The position numbers and the translations under genes were made by a program. Of a DNA stretch of 64,000 nt, positions 27,269 through 37,544 are shown one piece after another; within the stretch, counting starts at the first letter, position 1; each line of letters begins with the position of its first letter. The DNA is taken from IMG/VR virus record IMGVR_UViG_3300036861_000275, positions 28,313-92,312 of that record; one strand, written 5' to 3'. The notes beneath the pieces were generated by a model that did not search any database, was not told the origin of the DNA, and saw nothing but the letters and a program-made list of their open reading frames with translations. Source of the DNA: a virus.

Positions 27269-29239
27269 TTACCTAATCTGCGCGGATCGGCTATTGATAA
27301 GATTGTTCACCATCCGCAGAGCCCGTGCTTGCTCGGACGGTGGCAAATCGGCCATAGGCTTGTCCCCGAAGTAGTACTTCAGGGTCTGCCGGACCGCCTC
27401 CTCTCTGCTCATGGCTGCTGGTCCGCCGCTTGGCCCTGGTTGGGCCGGTTGGCCTCCTGGTTGGGCTCCCGGAACCGCTGTAGTGCCACCGAATTCCTTG
27501 TATATGGCGTCCACGTTGACATCAATTCCGGGCCTCTTGACCGCAGATTCCCAACCTCCCGGCACCGACAAAAGGGCCTTAACCTGGTCGACACTGAGCC
27601 CCTTATCCGTGATCAGGCGTCGTACTTCGTTTCTGAAAAGGCGCTCCCCTGTGGACGATGAGCGAGGATTAGGTACGGGGCCCGGTTTCGGAGCCAGTTC
27701 TCCAGTTGGCTCTGGCGGTGTCGGGGCGCCCTTGATAAGGGTAGCCTGCTGTTTCTGCCAGTCCGCCACATGCTTATTAGCCTGCTCATAGTCCGCTTTC
27801 GCTTTCTCGATATCCTCTGGCGTCGCTCCGGAATTAGGCTTCCGAAGATTATTCAGTTCAATCCTAAGCGAGTTGGCGTGTTGCTGCGCCGTGATGAGGG
27901 CGTGTTGCGTCTGACTAATATCGGTAGCCGAGGCTGGAACCTTAGCGAGATCCTTGGTGATTTTAGCAAACTCGGCTGCGTAGACTGCGCCGTTCTTCGG
28001 CAAGGTCGGGTCCAGGCCCCTATCACGAAGATTCTGCGCAGCCATATCGGCAACAGTCTTTGAGATATGCCCAAGACCAGTGATCCTCAACAGCCATTCC
28101 GGCGGTTTCTTGCCGGCCTCAATCTGATTAAGAAGAACACTCTGCACAGCGGAGCGGCGGGCCGGGTCTTTATTGAGGATCGCATCGGCATTATTCTCTA
28201 TGACCATAGTCTGATCCAAGTCCTTGCCGATGTTCATGTTCTGGCTTGCCTTATCCGAAGCCTCTTGACGTAGCGCATCCAGCACTGGATGACTCAGGAC
28301 CCTAGATTCTTCAGCGATCTTTCGTAGCATGATCGGCGCCATCTGCCTAGCTAGATGACTGTCGATAGGGTAATCCTGGACCGCCATCATGTAAGAAGTC
28401 ATATTAGCGTCGGTCGGGTCATCGCTGTATTTCTTCTGCAACTTCGACGTTTTAGAGACCCATTCCTGGGTCGCCTGCTGGATCTTCGGGTTGTCCTGGT
28501 CTTTCGCCCAAGCCTTCAGTTCTTCCTGCTTGGCAAGATACCGATCCATCCACTTCTGTGGGTCATCGTCTAGAGCGCTCTTGGCCAAAAAAGCAGAGCG
28601 TTGCGCCTGTAGACCTTTTTCTATGTCGCCATTATCAAATGCAGTCTGAGCCTTTTCCATGGCCTCCCTGAGCTGCTTGTAACCCTCGTGGTTCCGCCGC
28701 TGCTTATCGACCTCGGCCTCGGTCATCACGTTCTTGAGTTTAAGGATGCTTTGAGCGCGGGGGCTCATAAAAAAGGAAGACTGCTGTCGGGGCGTCATCT
28801 TCTTGCGGGTCTCTTCCATGGACACATACGGCGCTCCGGCCACGGCAGGCTTCGGTGCGGTCACAGCAATGCTTGGCATGACTTCGTTTCCGGGAGCGGC
28901 GACGTAATTCCCGGCCTCCCCTCCGATTTGTGGCTGTCCAGGTGGTGACCACGGCTCTACACCCGGAGTAACCCCAGGAATGTTGGCCGCGATACTGCCC
29001 TCGACTGCGGGCTCATACAATGGCGTCGTGCTCGGTGCCCCTAAAACTATCTGTGCGCCCTCTTCTTCGGCCTGCTGCTGTTGCAGACCGAGAGCCTCTC
29101 TCTGGGTCTGAAGGCCGCGGAGCAGAGATAGTTCGTCGGCCTGACGCAGCTTGAGTCCGGTCTCTAGACCCTGGACTAACCCGGCGTTCGCCCCCAGGGC
29201 CGCCGCTCCTGAGACGCCAGGATACGCTATGCCGGCCAT
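27269..29239 (-). CDS. putative ejection/internal virion protein
   Basis: Helical, Q/A/K-rich; between nozzle and giant protein. Confidence 0.55.
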   Translation of the reverse strand: MAGIAYPGVSGAAALGANAGLVQGLETGLKLRQADELSLLRGLQTQREALGLQQQQAEEEGAQIVLGAPSTTPLYEPAVEGSIAANIPGVTPGVEPWSPPGQPQIGGEAGNYVAAPGNEVMPSIAVTAPKPAVAGAPYVSMEETRKKMTPRQQSSFFMSPRAQSILKLKNVMTEAEVDKQRRNHEGYKQLREAMEKAQTAFDNGDIEKGLQAQRSAFLAKSALDDDPQKWMDRYLAKQEELKAWAKDQDNPKIQQATQEWVSKTSKLQKKYSDDPTDANMTSYMMAVQDYPIDSHLARQMAPIMLRKIAEESRVLSHPVLDALRQEASDKASQNMNIGKDLDQTMVIENNADAILNKDPARRSAVQSVLLNQIEAGKKPPEWLLRITGLGHISKTVADMAAQNLRDRGLDPTLPKNGAVYAAEFAKITKDLAKVPASATDISQTQHALITAQQHANSLRIELNNLRKPNSGATPEDIEKAKADYEQANKHVADWQKQQATLIKGAPTPPEPTGELAPKPGPVPNPRSSSTGERLFRNEVRRLITDKGLSVDQVKALLSVPGGWESAVKRPGIDVNVDAIYKEFGGTTAVPGAQPGGQPAQPGPSGGPAAMSREEAVRQTLKYYFGDKPMADLPPSEQARALRMVNNLINSRSAQIR

Positions 29240-31008
29240 TAGGCTGTCCCTCCTAGGTTGAACACTGGCGCGGGTCGGCTAGCCGCGAGAGCGGCGCCAC
29301 CTGCACCAGTGAAGAGCCCTGCGATGCCCTTAGCGGTGTCTGCCGCGTTCTGGCCACCTGCCTTGAAGGCTTCCAACGCCGCCTGATTCTGTAGCTGATT
29401 CGCCTGTTCCGCGGATCGGCCGGCTACATCCAAGCCAAGCAGTTCGCGGGCCGATGGAGCCGTAGCACCAATGGTCGTAGCCGTCGTAGCCAGCGGTGTC
29501 CGCCCTAAGCCTCCGGCGATGCCCTGCGCCTGACCGAGACGATTAGCTTGAACGTTCTCACCAAATTGAGCTCGCTGGAGCTCATTCGGCGCAAAGTTAG
29601 CTAGTCGTCCCTGGAATACGTTTTCCGGCTGAGTGATGTTGAACTGCCGGCGGCTTTGTTCCTGACCGGCTAGATTGACCAGGACTTGCTGTTTATACTG
29701 TTCCCGCCGGACCTGTTGACTCTCCCGCATCCTTTGGAGGGCCTCGATACCAACCGACGACGTCTCATAGGCAGGGCCCTGACTCCTCAGTAGATCATTA
29801 CGTAGAGTCTGCTCTTCGATCTTGTACTGGCGGTCCAGTTCCGGTGTCGGCAGATTGCCAGCCAATACACTTCTTACCTGGGCCGCCATGGCCTGCTGAA
29901 TCGGATCTTCATATAGCGCCGGTGCGATGGTCTGGCCGGGCTGAGGCGCCGCGGCAAGCGTATTCTGGGTGGCATTGCTGAACAAAAGACCAGATGCTAA
30001 TGTCGGCGCCAGCCCAGCGGTTGGTCGCTGCAACCCCTGGATGTCCTGAACGGCCTGGATTCTGGCGGCGCGTTCGCCAGGGGCCTGTTCTTGCTGAGCC
30101 AGCAGTTCCCGTCCAGCAGCGCCAAGGGCAGCATCCGATACAGTCCTCTGGCCTGCGACAGCATTCTGAACGTTCGTCGTTAGATCGGACGTCACGCCTC
30201 GAGGAGCGAACTGAGAGAGATTCTGTGGCGCTAGAGCATTCGCCACGCCCCCGGTACCGCCGGCTGGCATTGATGCGGCCAGAGATCCCGGGACTGTGCC
30301 GGGAGCGTTCTGAGCCCCAGCCAGCACGTTCTCGCCTATTCTTGTGGCCGGGGTTGTCACTGGCGTCGGAGTCTGGAGTTTAGGCGGCGTCGGAGCGAAG
30401 AGTCTGCCGGCAGCCATGCCGACTACACCGAGCCCAAGAGATGTCAGCGCGGCGATACCGGCTGAGCCGGTGGCAAACTCCCCCAGCTTTTGAATAAATG
30501 TCTTCTGTTCCGGTGTTGGTTTTTGAGTGCCAGTACCAGGACCTAAATCCAAGACTTTGCCGGTAGCCAAATCGACTAGCTGATGCTGCGCGTTTGTGCC
30601 GAGCGTATCCATGGCCGCATCTGTGGCGGCCTTTTCATCGGGCGTCAATTTGTTGAAATAAGCTTGGGTCTGGGCGGCTGCGTCCGCTTGACTCATCATC
30701 GGCTGCGACTGGAACTCTGGCTGTGTCTGGAATCCGCCCCCTACCGGCTGAGCAAGCGACGGGATATTGATCGGTCCTCCAGCCGTAGGTTCTCCGGTGG
30801 CGGAGGCTAACTCACCCGGACTCGGTGGAGTTGGGATATTGATGGGATTGACTGGTGATATGGAAGGGAAATCGGTGGCCGGCTGAATGGGTTCTGCCGG
30901 TGGCGTCAAGTCAATGGGCGTATTCGGCTGTTCCCAGACCGGCGTGAAGTCTAGGGGTTGCCCGTCCTGAATGATGCCGCCAGTATCCGTCCAGTCCCAT
31001 TCGGCCAC
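29239..31008 (-). CDS. putative ejection/pilot protein
   Basis: Q/A/G-rich with glycine-rich hydrophobic segments; follows nozzle gene. Confidence 0.55.
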   Translation of the reverse strand: MAEWDWTDTGGIIQDGQPLDFTPVWEQPNTPIDLTPPAEPIQPATDFPSISPVNPINIPTPPSPGELASATGEPTAGGPINIPSLAQPVGGGFQTQPEFQSQPMMSQADAAAQTQAYFNKLTPDEKAATDAAMDTLGTNAQHQLVDLATGKVLDLGPGTGTQKPTPEQKTFIQKLGEFATGSAGIAALTSLGLGVVGMAAGRLFAPTPPKLQTPTPVTTPATRIGENVLAGAQNAPGTVPGSLAASMPAGGTGGVANALAPQNLSQFAPRGVTSDLTTNVQNAVAGQRTVSDAALGAAGRELLAQQEQAPGERAARIQAVQDIQGLQRPTAGLAPTLASGLLFSNATQNTLAAAPQPGQTIAPALYEDPIQQAMAAQVRSVLAGNLPTPELDRQYKIEEQTLRNDLLRSQGPAYETSSVGIEALQRMRESQQVRREQYKQQVLVNLAGQEQSRRQFNITQPENVFQGRLANFAPNELQRAQFGENVQANRLGQAQGIAGGLGRTPLATTATTIGATAPSARELLGLDVAGRSAEQANQLQNQAALEAFKAGGQNAADTAKGIAGLFTGAGGAALAASRPAPVFNLGGTA

Positions 31009-31022
31009 GAATCATCCCCCCT

Positions 31023-32567
31023 TTACGCGAGCACGTCTAGTCCGATATAGAGCTTCATTAGCGATACATCGGCCGCAGTTGTAGTCAACCCGCTAAATCC
31101 CCAACGGTAGGCAATCCCTTTCAAACGCTTCGGCCTGGTGCGTCGCGGCGTGCTCTCGCCGAGAATGAATGGGAGCACCTGAGGCAGAACCGCGGGCTGC
31201 TCCACCAGACTAAAACTGATGACTTGAGACTTCTGTCCATCCCGGAGCGCCGTGATGGTGTGGGTTGCAGCATTTCTAGGGTCATATTCGAGCTGAAGGA
31301 ACCGACCGGCAGTCCTGCGGCCTACGGCCTGTCCTAGCACCGCAGCGAAGTCCGTATCCCACATGTTCCAGTAGAAAGTAAAAGCGGCGCCGTCCTGGCT
31401 CCTATTCGTGCGGTCCAGTTCCCATAGTTTCCCGTTAGCATCGGTCATGGCTGGGATCTCGAAGTTGCCGCTCTTCCGCATAAAAAGAGCCTCATTACGG
31501 TCACGGTCCGAATAGGACCACTTCTCTCCAATCTCCGCCACGTCCAGAACGTCCATGTGTATCCGGACATTCTTGGTTGTAAGACCGGCCTGATGGCATG
31601 CCAACATGGCAACAGCCTTCTGCCCGTAGTAGACGAGTTGCGCCGTGGCCAATTGCGCCAGATTGATCCGCTCCCGCATGAAAGCGCCCAACTTCTTCGC
31701 AGTGATGTCAGATGCCCGCACTGAACCTGACGCCTGCGTCTGGGAGATGAGATGCCAGCCGCCGGCAGGGTCTATAGATAAAACATCGTCCTCCAACCCG
31801 GTCACGTTATAAGGTCCGACGGCACCGGCAGGCCCGACTTGGGTTACGGTCCAGTTAGCCTCGGCCGCATTCCTGGTGTCTAACAGGAACACCCCTCGAG
31901 GGAACTTCCATATGACCAGGAAGCCCTTGTATGACCACATTGCCGAGATATACTCGCCTACGCCGGGGAAGATAGGCCGCTGGTACGGGAATGTCAGGAA
32001 GTCCTCGTGATCCAGTATGGAGGATCGGTATACCCTGTCGCCGAGCGCGCCCCACAAGAAGCCGGCGTGCGCACAGAGACAGAACGGCTGATTGGCCCCA
32101 GACCAGTCTGCTGGAGGGTTAGAGATGGTAGTCATCACGGTGCCGTCGCCAGAGAGTACCCTGACCGCATTGACGCGGTCCGCCATGAACAACTTCACGT
32201 TGTTCCCGAGCTGCTCGGCGCCACCCTTTACGAAGTGCGGTATCTGACCGGACGTCGTTAGACCCGAGACTAGAGCCGCGCTGTATGTACCATTCCCGTC
32301 GTCTTTACGGACCGTGCCATCAGCAAACGCCGTCACGGTGCGCTGCTGTGTCTGGGTAGGGAAGTAGTCGAAGGATGCCAGCCCAGACGAGCCTATAGCT
32401 ACACCAAGCGACGCTGCGCCACCTTCAGTCCGGAGCGTGCGGTCTTCCATAGATACGTTTCTCAATAGGCGCGCTGACCCTAACGGCACTCTATCGGCAT
32501 TCCGAATGCCGTAGATACCGTCCTTGCCGAGAACCACCGGCACTATTAGGGTGTTTTCGTACGGCAT
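31023..32567 (-). CDS. tail nozzle/stabilization protein (P22 gp10-like position)
   Basis: 514 aa beta-rich, 'LRNV...' N-terminus, RVYRS...DF; position in module. Confidence 0.65.
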   Translation of the reverse strand: MPYENTLIVPVVLGKDGIYGIRNADRVPLGSARLLRNVSMEDRTLRTEGGAASLGVAIGSSGLASFDYFPTQTQQRTVTAFADGTVRKDDGNGTYSAALVSGLTTSGQIPHFVKGGAEQLGNNVKLFMADRVNAVRVLSGDGTVMTTISNPPADWSGANQPFCLCAHAGFLWGALGDRVYRSSILDHEDFLTFPYQRPIFPGVGEYISAMWSYKGFLVIWKFPRGVFLLDTRNAAEANWTVTQVGPAGAVGPYNVTGLEDDVLSIDPAGGWHLISQTQASGSVRASDITAKKLGAFMRERINLAQLATAQLVYYGQKAVAMLACHQAGLTTKNVRIHMDVLDVAEIGEKWSYSDRDRNEALFMRKSGNFEIPAMTDANGKLWELDRTNRSQDGAAFTFYWNMWDTDFAAVLGQAVGRRTAGRFLQLEYDPRNAATHTITALRDGQKSQVISFSLVEQPAVLPQVLPFILGESTPRRTRPKRLKGIAYRWGFSGLTTTAADVSLMKLYIGLDVLA

Positions 32568-32568
32568 T

Positions 32569-32793
32569 TTACTTGGCGTCCTTCGCCTTCAAAAGGAGCT
32601 CCACTTGAGCCTGTAGCCCCTCGATCTGCTTCAGGAGCCGGCTGATAACCTGAGCCGCTTCCGTCTCTCCGCGGGTCCGGCTGGCGGAGAGCTGGTCGAG
32701 CGCGACCTTGGCGGTACGCAGATTGTCCTCGCACGTGTCGGCGGCCCACGCCAAGCTGGGCCACAAGAGGAGCGCTACAAGGAGACGCTTCAT
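32569..32793 (-). CDS. signal-peptide-bearing coiled-coil protein (spike chaperone-like position)
   Basis: MKRLLVALLLWPSLAWA|AD; coupled to spike gene. Confidence 0.65.
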   Translation of the reverse strand: MKRLLVALLLWPSLAWAADTCEDNLRTAKVALDQLSASRTRGETEAAQVISRLLKQIEGLQAQVELLLKAKDAK

Positions 32794-35129
32794 GGCATCA
32801 CCACCGTGGATTCGTGAACGTAACCCCCGCCCAAAAACGTGTCGAGCGCTTTCATCATCCGCTCCATGTCGATCCTGAGTTTGCGCCCTGTCGTGGTGTC
32901 GACCGAGTCGAAGATCCACTCTCGCGTGTAATGATCGTGAGGCGATAGGAGAGTGGCGCCGCCGGCAGCATCCATGACCCGCAGTTCTCCGGCCGTGGAG
33001 TATAGCGAGACGCCGTTAGCCAGAGTGCCGACCGGAGCCGTGCCGTCGAAGATATTCAGGCAATTGGTACAAGTCGTGGCCGATCGACCGAATGTGCCGC
33101 CGATGTAGAGGCTCGATTCCGTGCTGTTTTGGAGATAGACCGAGCCCGTGTTACGCAACTCGAAGAGCGCGCTGCCACCGGTGCCGCCGAATGATAGGCC
33201 GGAACCGCCAGTGATGTGCCTTATCTGTAACGGGTTGTTCGTGCCGGCCGGGTCGACGAAAAACATCCATCCGTCACCGTTACCGACCATAGCTAGCGCG
33301 GTGCGTCTAGCCGCTCCAGAACTGGCTGTCGAGTGAATGGTCAGTATCGGTGTGGAGGCTCCCGTGATGGTGCCAAGGTTGGCAGTCGTTTGTGCCACGA
33401 GGGCCTGATTGGTGCCGGATGACTTATAGTACGAACCGACTCGCAAACCAGCCGATGCTGACCCTACGACGGGAATCGTAGTCCCTGTAAACGTGTCTGT
33501 GATCATGTAGCTTCCAGCCGAGCGCAGCATGTCTCGCAGCATTACGCTCCCGGATGTATGGATAGCTACGGAGATATTCTGGTCCGTCCCGGAAAAAGTA
33601 AGCCCGTCCGCCATCAATTCCGTGTTGTTACCCAGGAAGACCCCGATGAGGCCGTTCTCCAGGTTGACTGTCTTCATGTGAATCCCGGAACCACCGGCGG
33701 CTTGATTCTCGACCCAGACGTTAGCTAGATAGGACGTCGTGGTTCCGTTGCTATTGGTTATAGACGTCCGTCTGATGAGGCCGTTGTTTGAAAACGTATT
33801 AACATAGATACCAATGGTATTGCGCGTGCCACCGTTTGCGGTACGCCAGAGCTCGCTGTCGGAGATGTCCCAGTTAGCGTTGTAGATTGTGGACGAGGTG
33901 TCCTGGAAAAGAGCCCCGTGAGTGATAAAGCCTCGGATACGCACCCGGCGTAGACCGGAATTCTCATTAGCCCGATCAGATCTAACGGCGATGTTAACTA
34001 CGTGATTCAGGTTCATCTGGAGATCTTCCAGCCGCGTATTAAACGCCAGAGCGGTCCCGTTGGTGCTACCAAGCAAGACTGCCGGCGTCGAAATAGCTAT
34101 AGCCGTCGTGTAGTGAAGTGTCGTCTGTTGTGGCCCGCGGCCGCGTAGCACGACGCCGTTCTGGATGATCAACTGTCCACTTACCACGCAGTCTCCGGCC
34201 GGCAAATCTACATAGTTACCGAAGCTCATATTACCGATCGTGTGGGCGGCTTTGACTAGGGCCGAGCGTATCGCAGCGGTATCATCGGTTGCGCCGTCAC
34301 AACGGATGCCGTGGTCCGCAGCGTTAATCACATCATTCGTAGCAGGTGGAGTTAGGCCGAAGAGTAATGCGCGCACGTGGCGCGTACTCGAGCTCTGAGG
34401 GCCTGCGGTAGCGTGCAGAGCCACGGCAAAGGCGCCAGCCGGCGGCTGGCTCGAGGAGGCGTGATACCTCGTCGCCGCAGCCAACTTGGCCGTACCGGAA
34501 GTCACGAGATACGCCCCAACATGTACATCGGTGGACACCCCGATGTGGTGAATGCCGAAGAACGCGACCCGGCCATATGCAGCGTGGGCGATGCCCTCAA
34601 GGGCAACTCCCACTATCCCGCGCTGGGCGTAGGCGGTTGTGGTGGTTATCCTCGGGCCGGGAGTGTCCTGCGATGTCGCTGCCGGACCCAGGTAGTTAGC
34701 TAAGGGTGCTCCTGGGTCCAACGTGATGACGTCGCCGGCCGAGATCCCGCCTCCGGAGTGATTTTCTGCCCGCATAGCAGGCACGTACCACTGAGAGACC
34801 TGGGCGCTATCCATGGCCTGGCCAAGGCGTAAAAGCAGACCGCGTAGCCCCTGGATTTCACCCGTCAGGGATGGGGTTAGATCGGGATTCAATCCGACCT
34901 GGAGTGGCTGGCGCGTCGTCTGGAGAGCGGCTACAGATGTTGAATGGCTAGCCGTACAATCCGCGTTCGCATTGGTCACGCCGACAGTAGTAAAGGACGT
35001 CGTCAGGTCGCCGGCAGTCAATTGATCGCCGGTCTGCCAGGAGCGGAAGATCGAGCAGTTGCCGTTGACGGCCCATGCAACCCCTGGGAATAGTGTCAGG
35101 ATGGCTAATACGAGCATAACCTTCTTCAT
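32790..35129 (-). CDS. tail spike/fibre with pectate-lyase-like beta-helix, N-terminal signal peptide
   Basis: INAADHGIRCDGATDDTAAI...VDLPAG...VLRGRG; start MKKVMLVLAILTLFPGVAWA|V. Confidence 0.8.
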   Translation of the reverse strand: MKKVMLVLAILTLFPGVAWAVNGNCSIFRSWQTGDQLTAGDLTTSFTTVGVTNANADCTASHSTSVAALQTTRQPLQVGLNPDLTPSLTGEIQGLRGLLLRLGQAMDSAQVSQWYVPAMRAENHSGGGISAGDVITLDPGAPLANYLGPAATSQDTPGPRITTTTAYAQRGIVGVALEGIAHAAYGRVAFFGIHHIGVSTDVHVGAYLVTSGTAKLAAATRYHASSSQPPAGAFAVALHATAGPQSSSTRHVRALLFGLTPPATNDVINAADHGIRCDGATDDTAAIRSALVKAAHTIGNMSFGNYVDLPAGDCVVSGQLIIQNGVVLRGRGPQQTTLHYTTAIAISTPAVLLGSTNGTALAFNTRLEDLQMNLNHVVNIAVRSDRANENSGLRRVRIRGFITHGALFQDTSSTIYNANWDISDSELWRTANGGTRNTIGIYVNTFSNNGLIRRTSITNSNGTTTSYLANVWVENQAAGGSGIHMKTVNLENGLIGVFLGNNTELMADGLTFSGTDQNISVAIHTSGSVMLRDMLRSAGSYMITDTFTGTTIPVVGSASAGLRVGSYYKSSGTNQALVAQTTANLGTITGASTPILTIHSTASSGAARRTALAMVGNGDGWMFFVDPAGTNNPLQIRHITGGSGLSFGGTGGSALFELRNTGSVYLQNSTESSLYIGGTFGRSATTCTNCLNIFDGTAPVGTLANGVSLYSTAGELRVMDAAGGATLLSPHDHYTREWIFDSVDTTTGRKLRIDMERMMKALDTFLGGGYVHESTVVMP

Positions 35130-35992
35130 GATCCGTACGCCCCCCTGTAGCCAGTTGGCGACTTGGTCTGGAGCCCATGTAGGCGCTGTTTCTCGTAAGC
35201 AATGCACGCCTCTATCATACGCTCAGCACGTGCCAAAGTGTCGTTCTCTCTACGGTCAAACTTCATACCGATGAGAATCGCTAAAGCCTTCACTGCTAGA
35301 GCCGGTCTCCAGAATGACGGTAGTGCTAATGTGGTCGTTCCCGAAGGATCATCGGGGACGAACGAGTACGGGTACTCGACCCGCTTCACGCTGGTCGGAT
35401 AACTGGACAGCCGTATCGTTCTTTGGCCGATTCGAGCAAAGTACTCTGGGATGTCGCTGGCGTGCGGTACCGGGAAGCTGGTCCGCATGTATTCCTCGCT
35501 CTTGAGCGCCACGAACTTGCTGGTCGGATACCACAGGCCGTCCACGAAGAGCCCCAGGTCGGCGTTCAGCGTGTACTCGTCCTGGTAGATCGTGCATGCC
35601 TGTCCGGCCGCTAGCGCTTCCTGAGCTACGTCCAGGGTGAAGGCCGTCTCATTGGCATTGTGTGCCGTGATGATCCCGTACCATTCCTTCCCGGTAGGCT
35701 TTAGCTTCCTGCCCAGTAAGGACGAGGTCGGCGCCGAGGATAGCACTCCGGCAGCGCTGGCGCCGGCCGCTGCGATCGTCACAGTCAGAGATGTCACCTG
35801 GGCTGTCGTAATGAAGGAGCCTACGGGACTTTTACGCCATTCTAGAATTGGCCACCGTGTCGCAATATCACGCCACGCCTCGATGATGGCGTCGGCAGCC
35901 AGAGAGTAGAAGTCCCCTGTTGTGTCTGTGCTGTCCTCATAACCTCTTTCCAGGATATGTGCCCGAATCTGCTCGAACGTGTCGAATGCCAT
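35126..35992 (-). CDS. head-tail adaptor-like protein
   Basis: TFEQIR N-terminus, P.YF...IRL..YP, LP.FW..AL; position. Confidence 0.65.
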   Translation of the reverse strand: MAFDTFEQIRAHILERGYEDSTDTTGDFYSLAADAIIEAWRDIATRWPILEWRKSPVGSFITTAQVTSLTVTIAAAGASAAGVLSSAPTSSLLGRKLKPTGKEWYGIITAHNANETAFTLDVAQEALAAGQACTIYQDEYTLNADLGLFVDGLWYPTSKFVALKSEEYMRTSFPVPHASDIPEYFARIGQRTIRLSSYPTSVKRVEYPYSFVPDDPSGTTTLALPSFWRPALAVKALAILIGMKFDRRENDTLARAERMIEACIAYEKQRLHGLQTKSPTGYRGAYGS

Positions 35993-35995
35993 ACG

Positions 35996-36349
35996 TTATC
36001 CTAAGATCGGCCCGAATCCAGGCGGAGGCGCCTCGGGAGTGGGCTTCGCCGGCACCGGTCGATGAATCGCTTCAGCCGCCTCGGGCGCTAGACCATTTTC
36101 CTTGAGGATTGAGATGAGCCAACTCTCTAACTCTTTCGAGAGCGTCTCTGGCAGCTTTTCCATGATCCCAGGTTCTAGCGCCATTCTAAGTTGCTGTTGC
36201 TCTGGCAGTCCGTCTCGAATCATGGCCACAGATATCTCGCCACCAGACTTCCCGCCTACTGGCGCGCGTAGGATTAGCTCTACTAGAGTGACGCCCGCGT
36301 ACGGCTTGCTTCCTCGTTCCGGTTGCGGTTTGAATTGCCATGAAAGCAT
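35996..36349 (-). CDS. hypothetical protein
   Basis: TAATG-coupled start MLSWQFK; the longer track ORF overlaps the previous gene. Confidence 0.6.
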   Translation of the reverse strand: MLSWQFKPQPERGSKPYAGVTLVELILRAPVGGKSGGEISVAMIRDGLPEQQQLRMALEPGIMEKLPETLSKELESWLISILKENGLAPEAAEAIHRPVPAKPTPEAPPPGFGPILG

Positions 36350-37533
36350 TACGGGGCACTCCTGTAGGACATACCGCCGGATACTCTGCCGCCGGCTACG
36401 AAAATGCACACCGCGTTGCCGGCTGTGTCGGTTGATAGGAAGGGAAATGGCGACGTCGCCGACAATGTCGCGCTGCTGACCGGGACACCGTTCGCCGCCA
36501 CCGTTGAGCCTAGCATGGCTCGCGTGTTCGTGGCGCATGTGGCTCCGGTGCCTTCCACTAGGGAGAAGTTCGCGCTGGCCGTTCCGCCGGCAATGATCGA
36601 GCAGATGAAGATTTTCTGCCCGGTCGCGCCATGAGCAATGATCCCGTCCGTCGACTGTGAGAATCCCACGTAGGTGTGGCATACCAGGTTGTTTGTACCG
36701 GTCCCGCCGGCCACGTGCAGTGGCGCCGATGCCGTCGTGGCAATGTGCGTCACGGACGAGATATGACTGAGTGTCCATGGCGTACCGCCCTGATGCGACA
36801 GTATGATCCACGGAACCCCTTCTGCCGCTTGGACTATACGTAGCGGAATAGTGCTGGAGGCGACGTGTACTACGCCAGATATGTGACTCACGGTCTGCGT
36901 GTTCCATGACCCGCCTTGGTGGGCCACAACCGGAATCGGGAACGTGGAGGCATTCAGGTGGGCGATGGTCGGCAGCGGGAGACCGGCTATGGCGATGTGG
37001 GCCCTGACGTCCAACGGCGCTCCCTGCGGAGAGATCACCACCGGCACAGGGCCGGTCGACGTGTCGATAGTGGTCCCGCCGGTAGACGACACCTGCGGGT
37101 CGCCGGACGTCATGATGCCGAATACGGAGACCGAACCTGGTCCAGAAAACTCCCGTAGATCGGTACGGAACCAGTACGATCCCGAGATGTTACATCGCCA
37201 TTGAAGATCCGCGGTGCCGACATTGGCCGGCGTGAATTTGACCGATACGTGTGCCGTATTGCCACTGACAGGCAGGCACCGCACGTTTGTGTAGTGAATA
37301 TTGTTCAGGGACGTCTGGAAGACCACCGTGGCGGCCGGCGAGGAGCCAGCAGGCACAACTATCTGAACTGTGGCAACAGTGAACCCGGCTACGTGTGCCA
37401 CAGTACCGGTCGAAGCGACTGTGGCAGCAGACTGTAATATCCAAGTTTTCGCGACGCCCTGACTACTGGCTTCTCGGCCGGCCAGAGCCAGCACGAGCCC
37501 CAGGATGAGTGCCAGCCAGGAGCGTGGCTTCAT
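36349..37533 (-). CDS. signal-peptide-bearing beta-rich protein with His motifs (paralog of 37545..38495)
   Basis: MKPRSWLALILGLVLALAG; S/T/G/V-rich; C-terminal 4-Cys domain. Confidence 0.75.
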   Translation of the reverse strand: MKPRSWLALILGLVLALAGREASSQGVAKTWILQSAATVASTGTVAHVAGFTVATVQIVVPAGSSPAATVVFQTSLNNIHYTNVRCLPVSGNTAHVSVKFTPANVGTADLQWRCNISGSYWFRTDLREFSGPGSVSVFGIMTSGDPQVSSTGGTTIDTSTGPVPVVISPQGAPLDVRAHIAIAGLPLPTIAHLNASTFPIPVVAHQGGSWNTQTVSHISGVVHVASSTIPLRIVQAAEGVPWIILSHQGGTPWTLSHISSVTHIATTASAPLHVAGGTGTNNLVCHTYVGFSQSTDGIIAHGATGQKIFICSIIAGGTASANFSLVEGTGATCATNTRAMLGSTVAANGVPVSSATLSATSPFPFLSTDTAGNAVCIFVAGGRVSGGMSYRSAP

Positions 37534-37544
37534 CGGGCTAGACC

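Noticed and set aside
27245-27290. Promoter for giant gene (TACAAT)
   Set aside because: Plausible -10 but no -35 at 17-18 bp; insufficient support.
35996-36907. 303-aa ORF as listed in the track
   Set aside because: N-terminal part overlaps 36349..37533 out of frame; the coupled start at 36349 is preferred.
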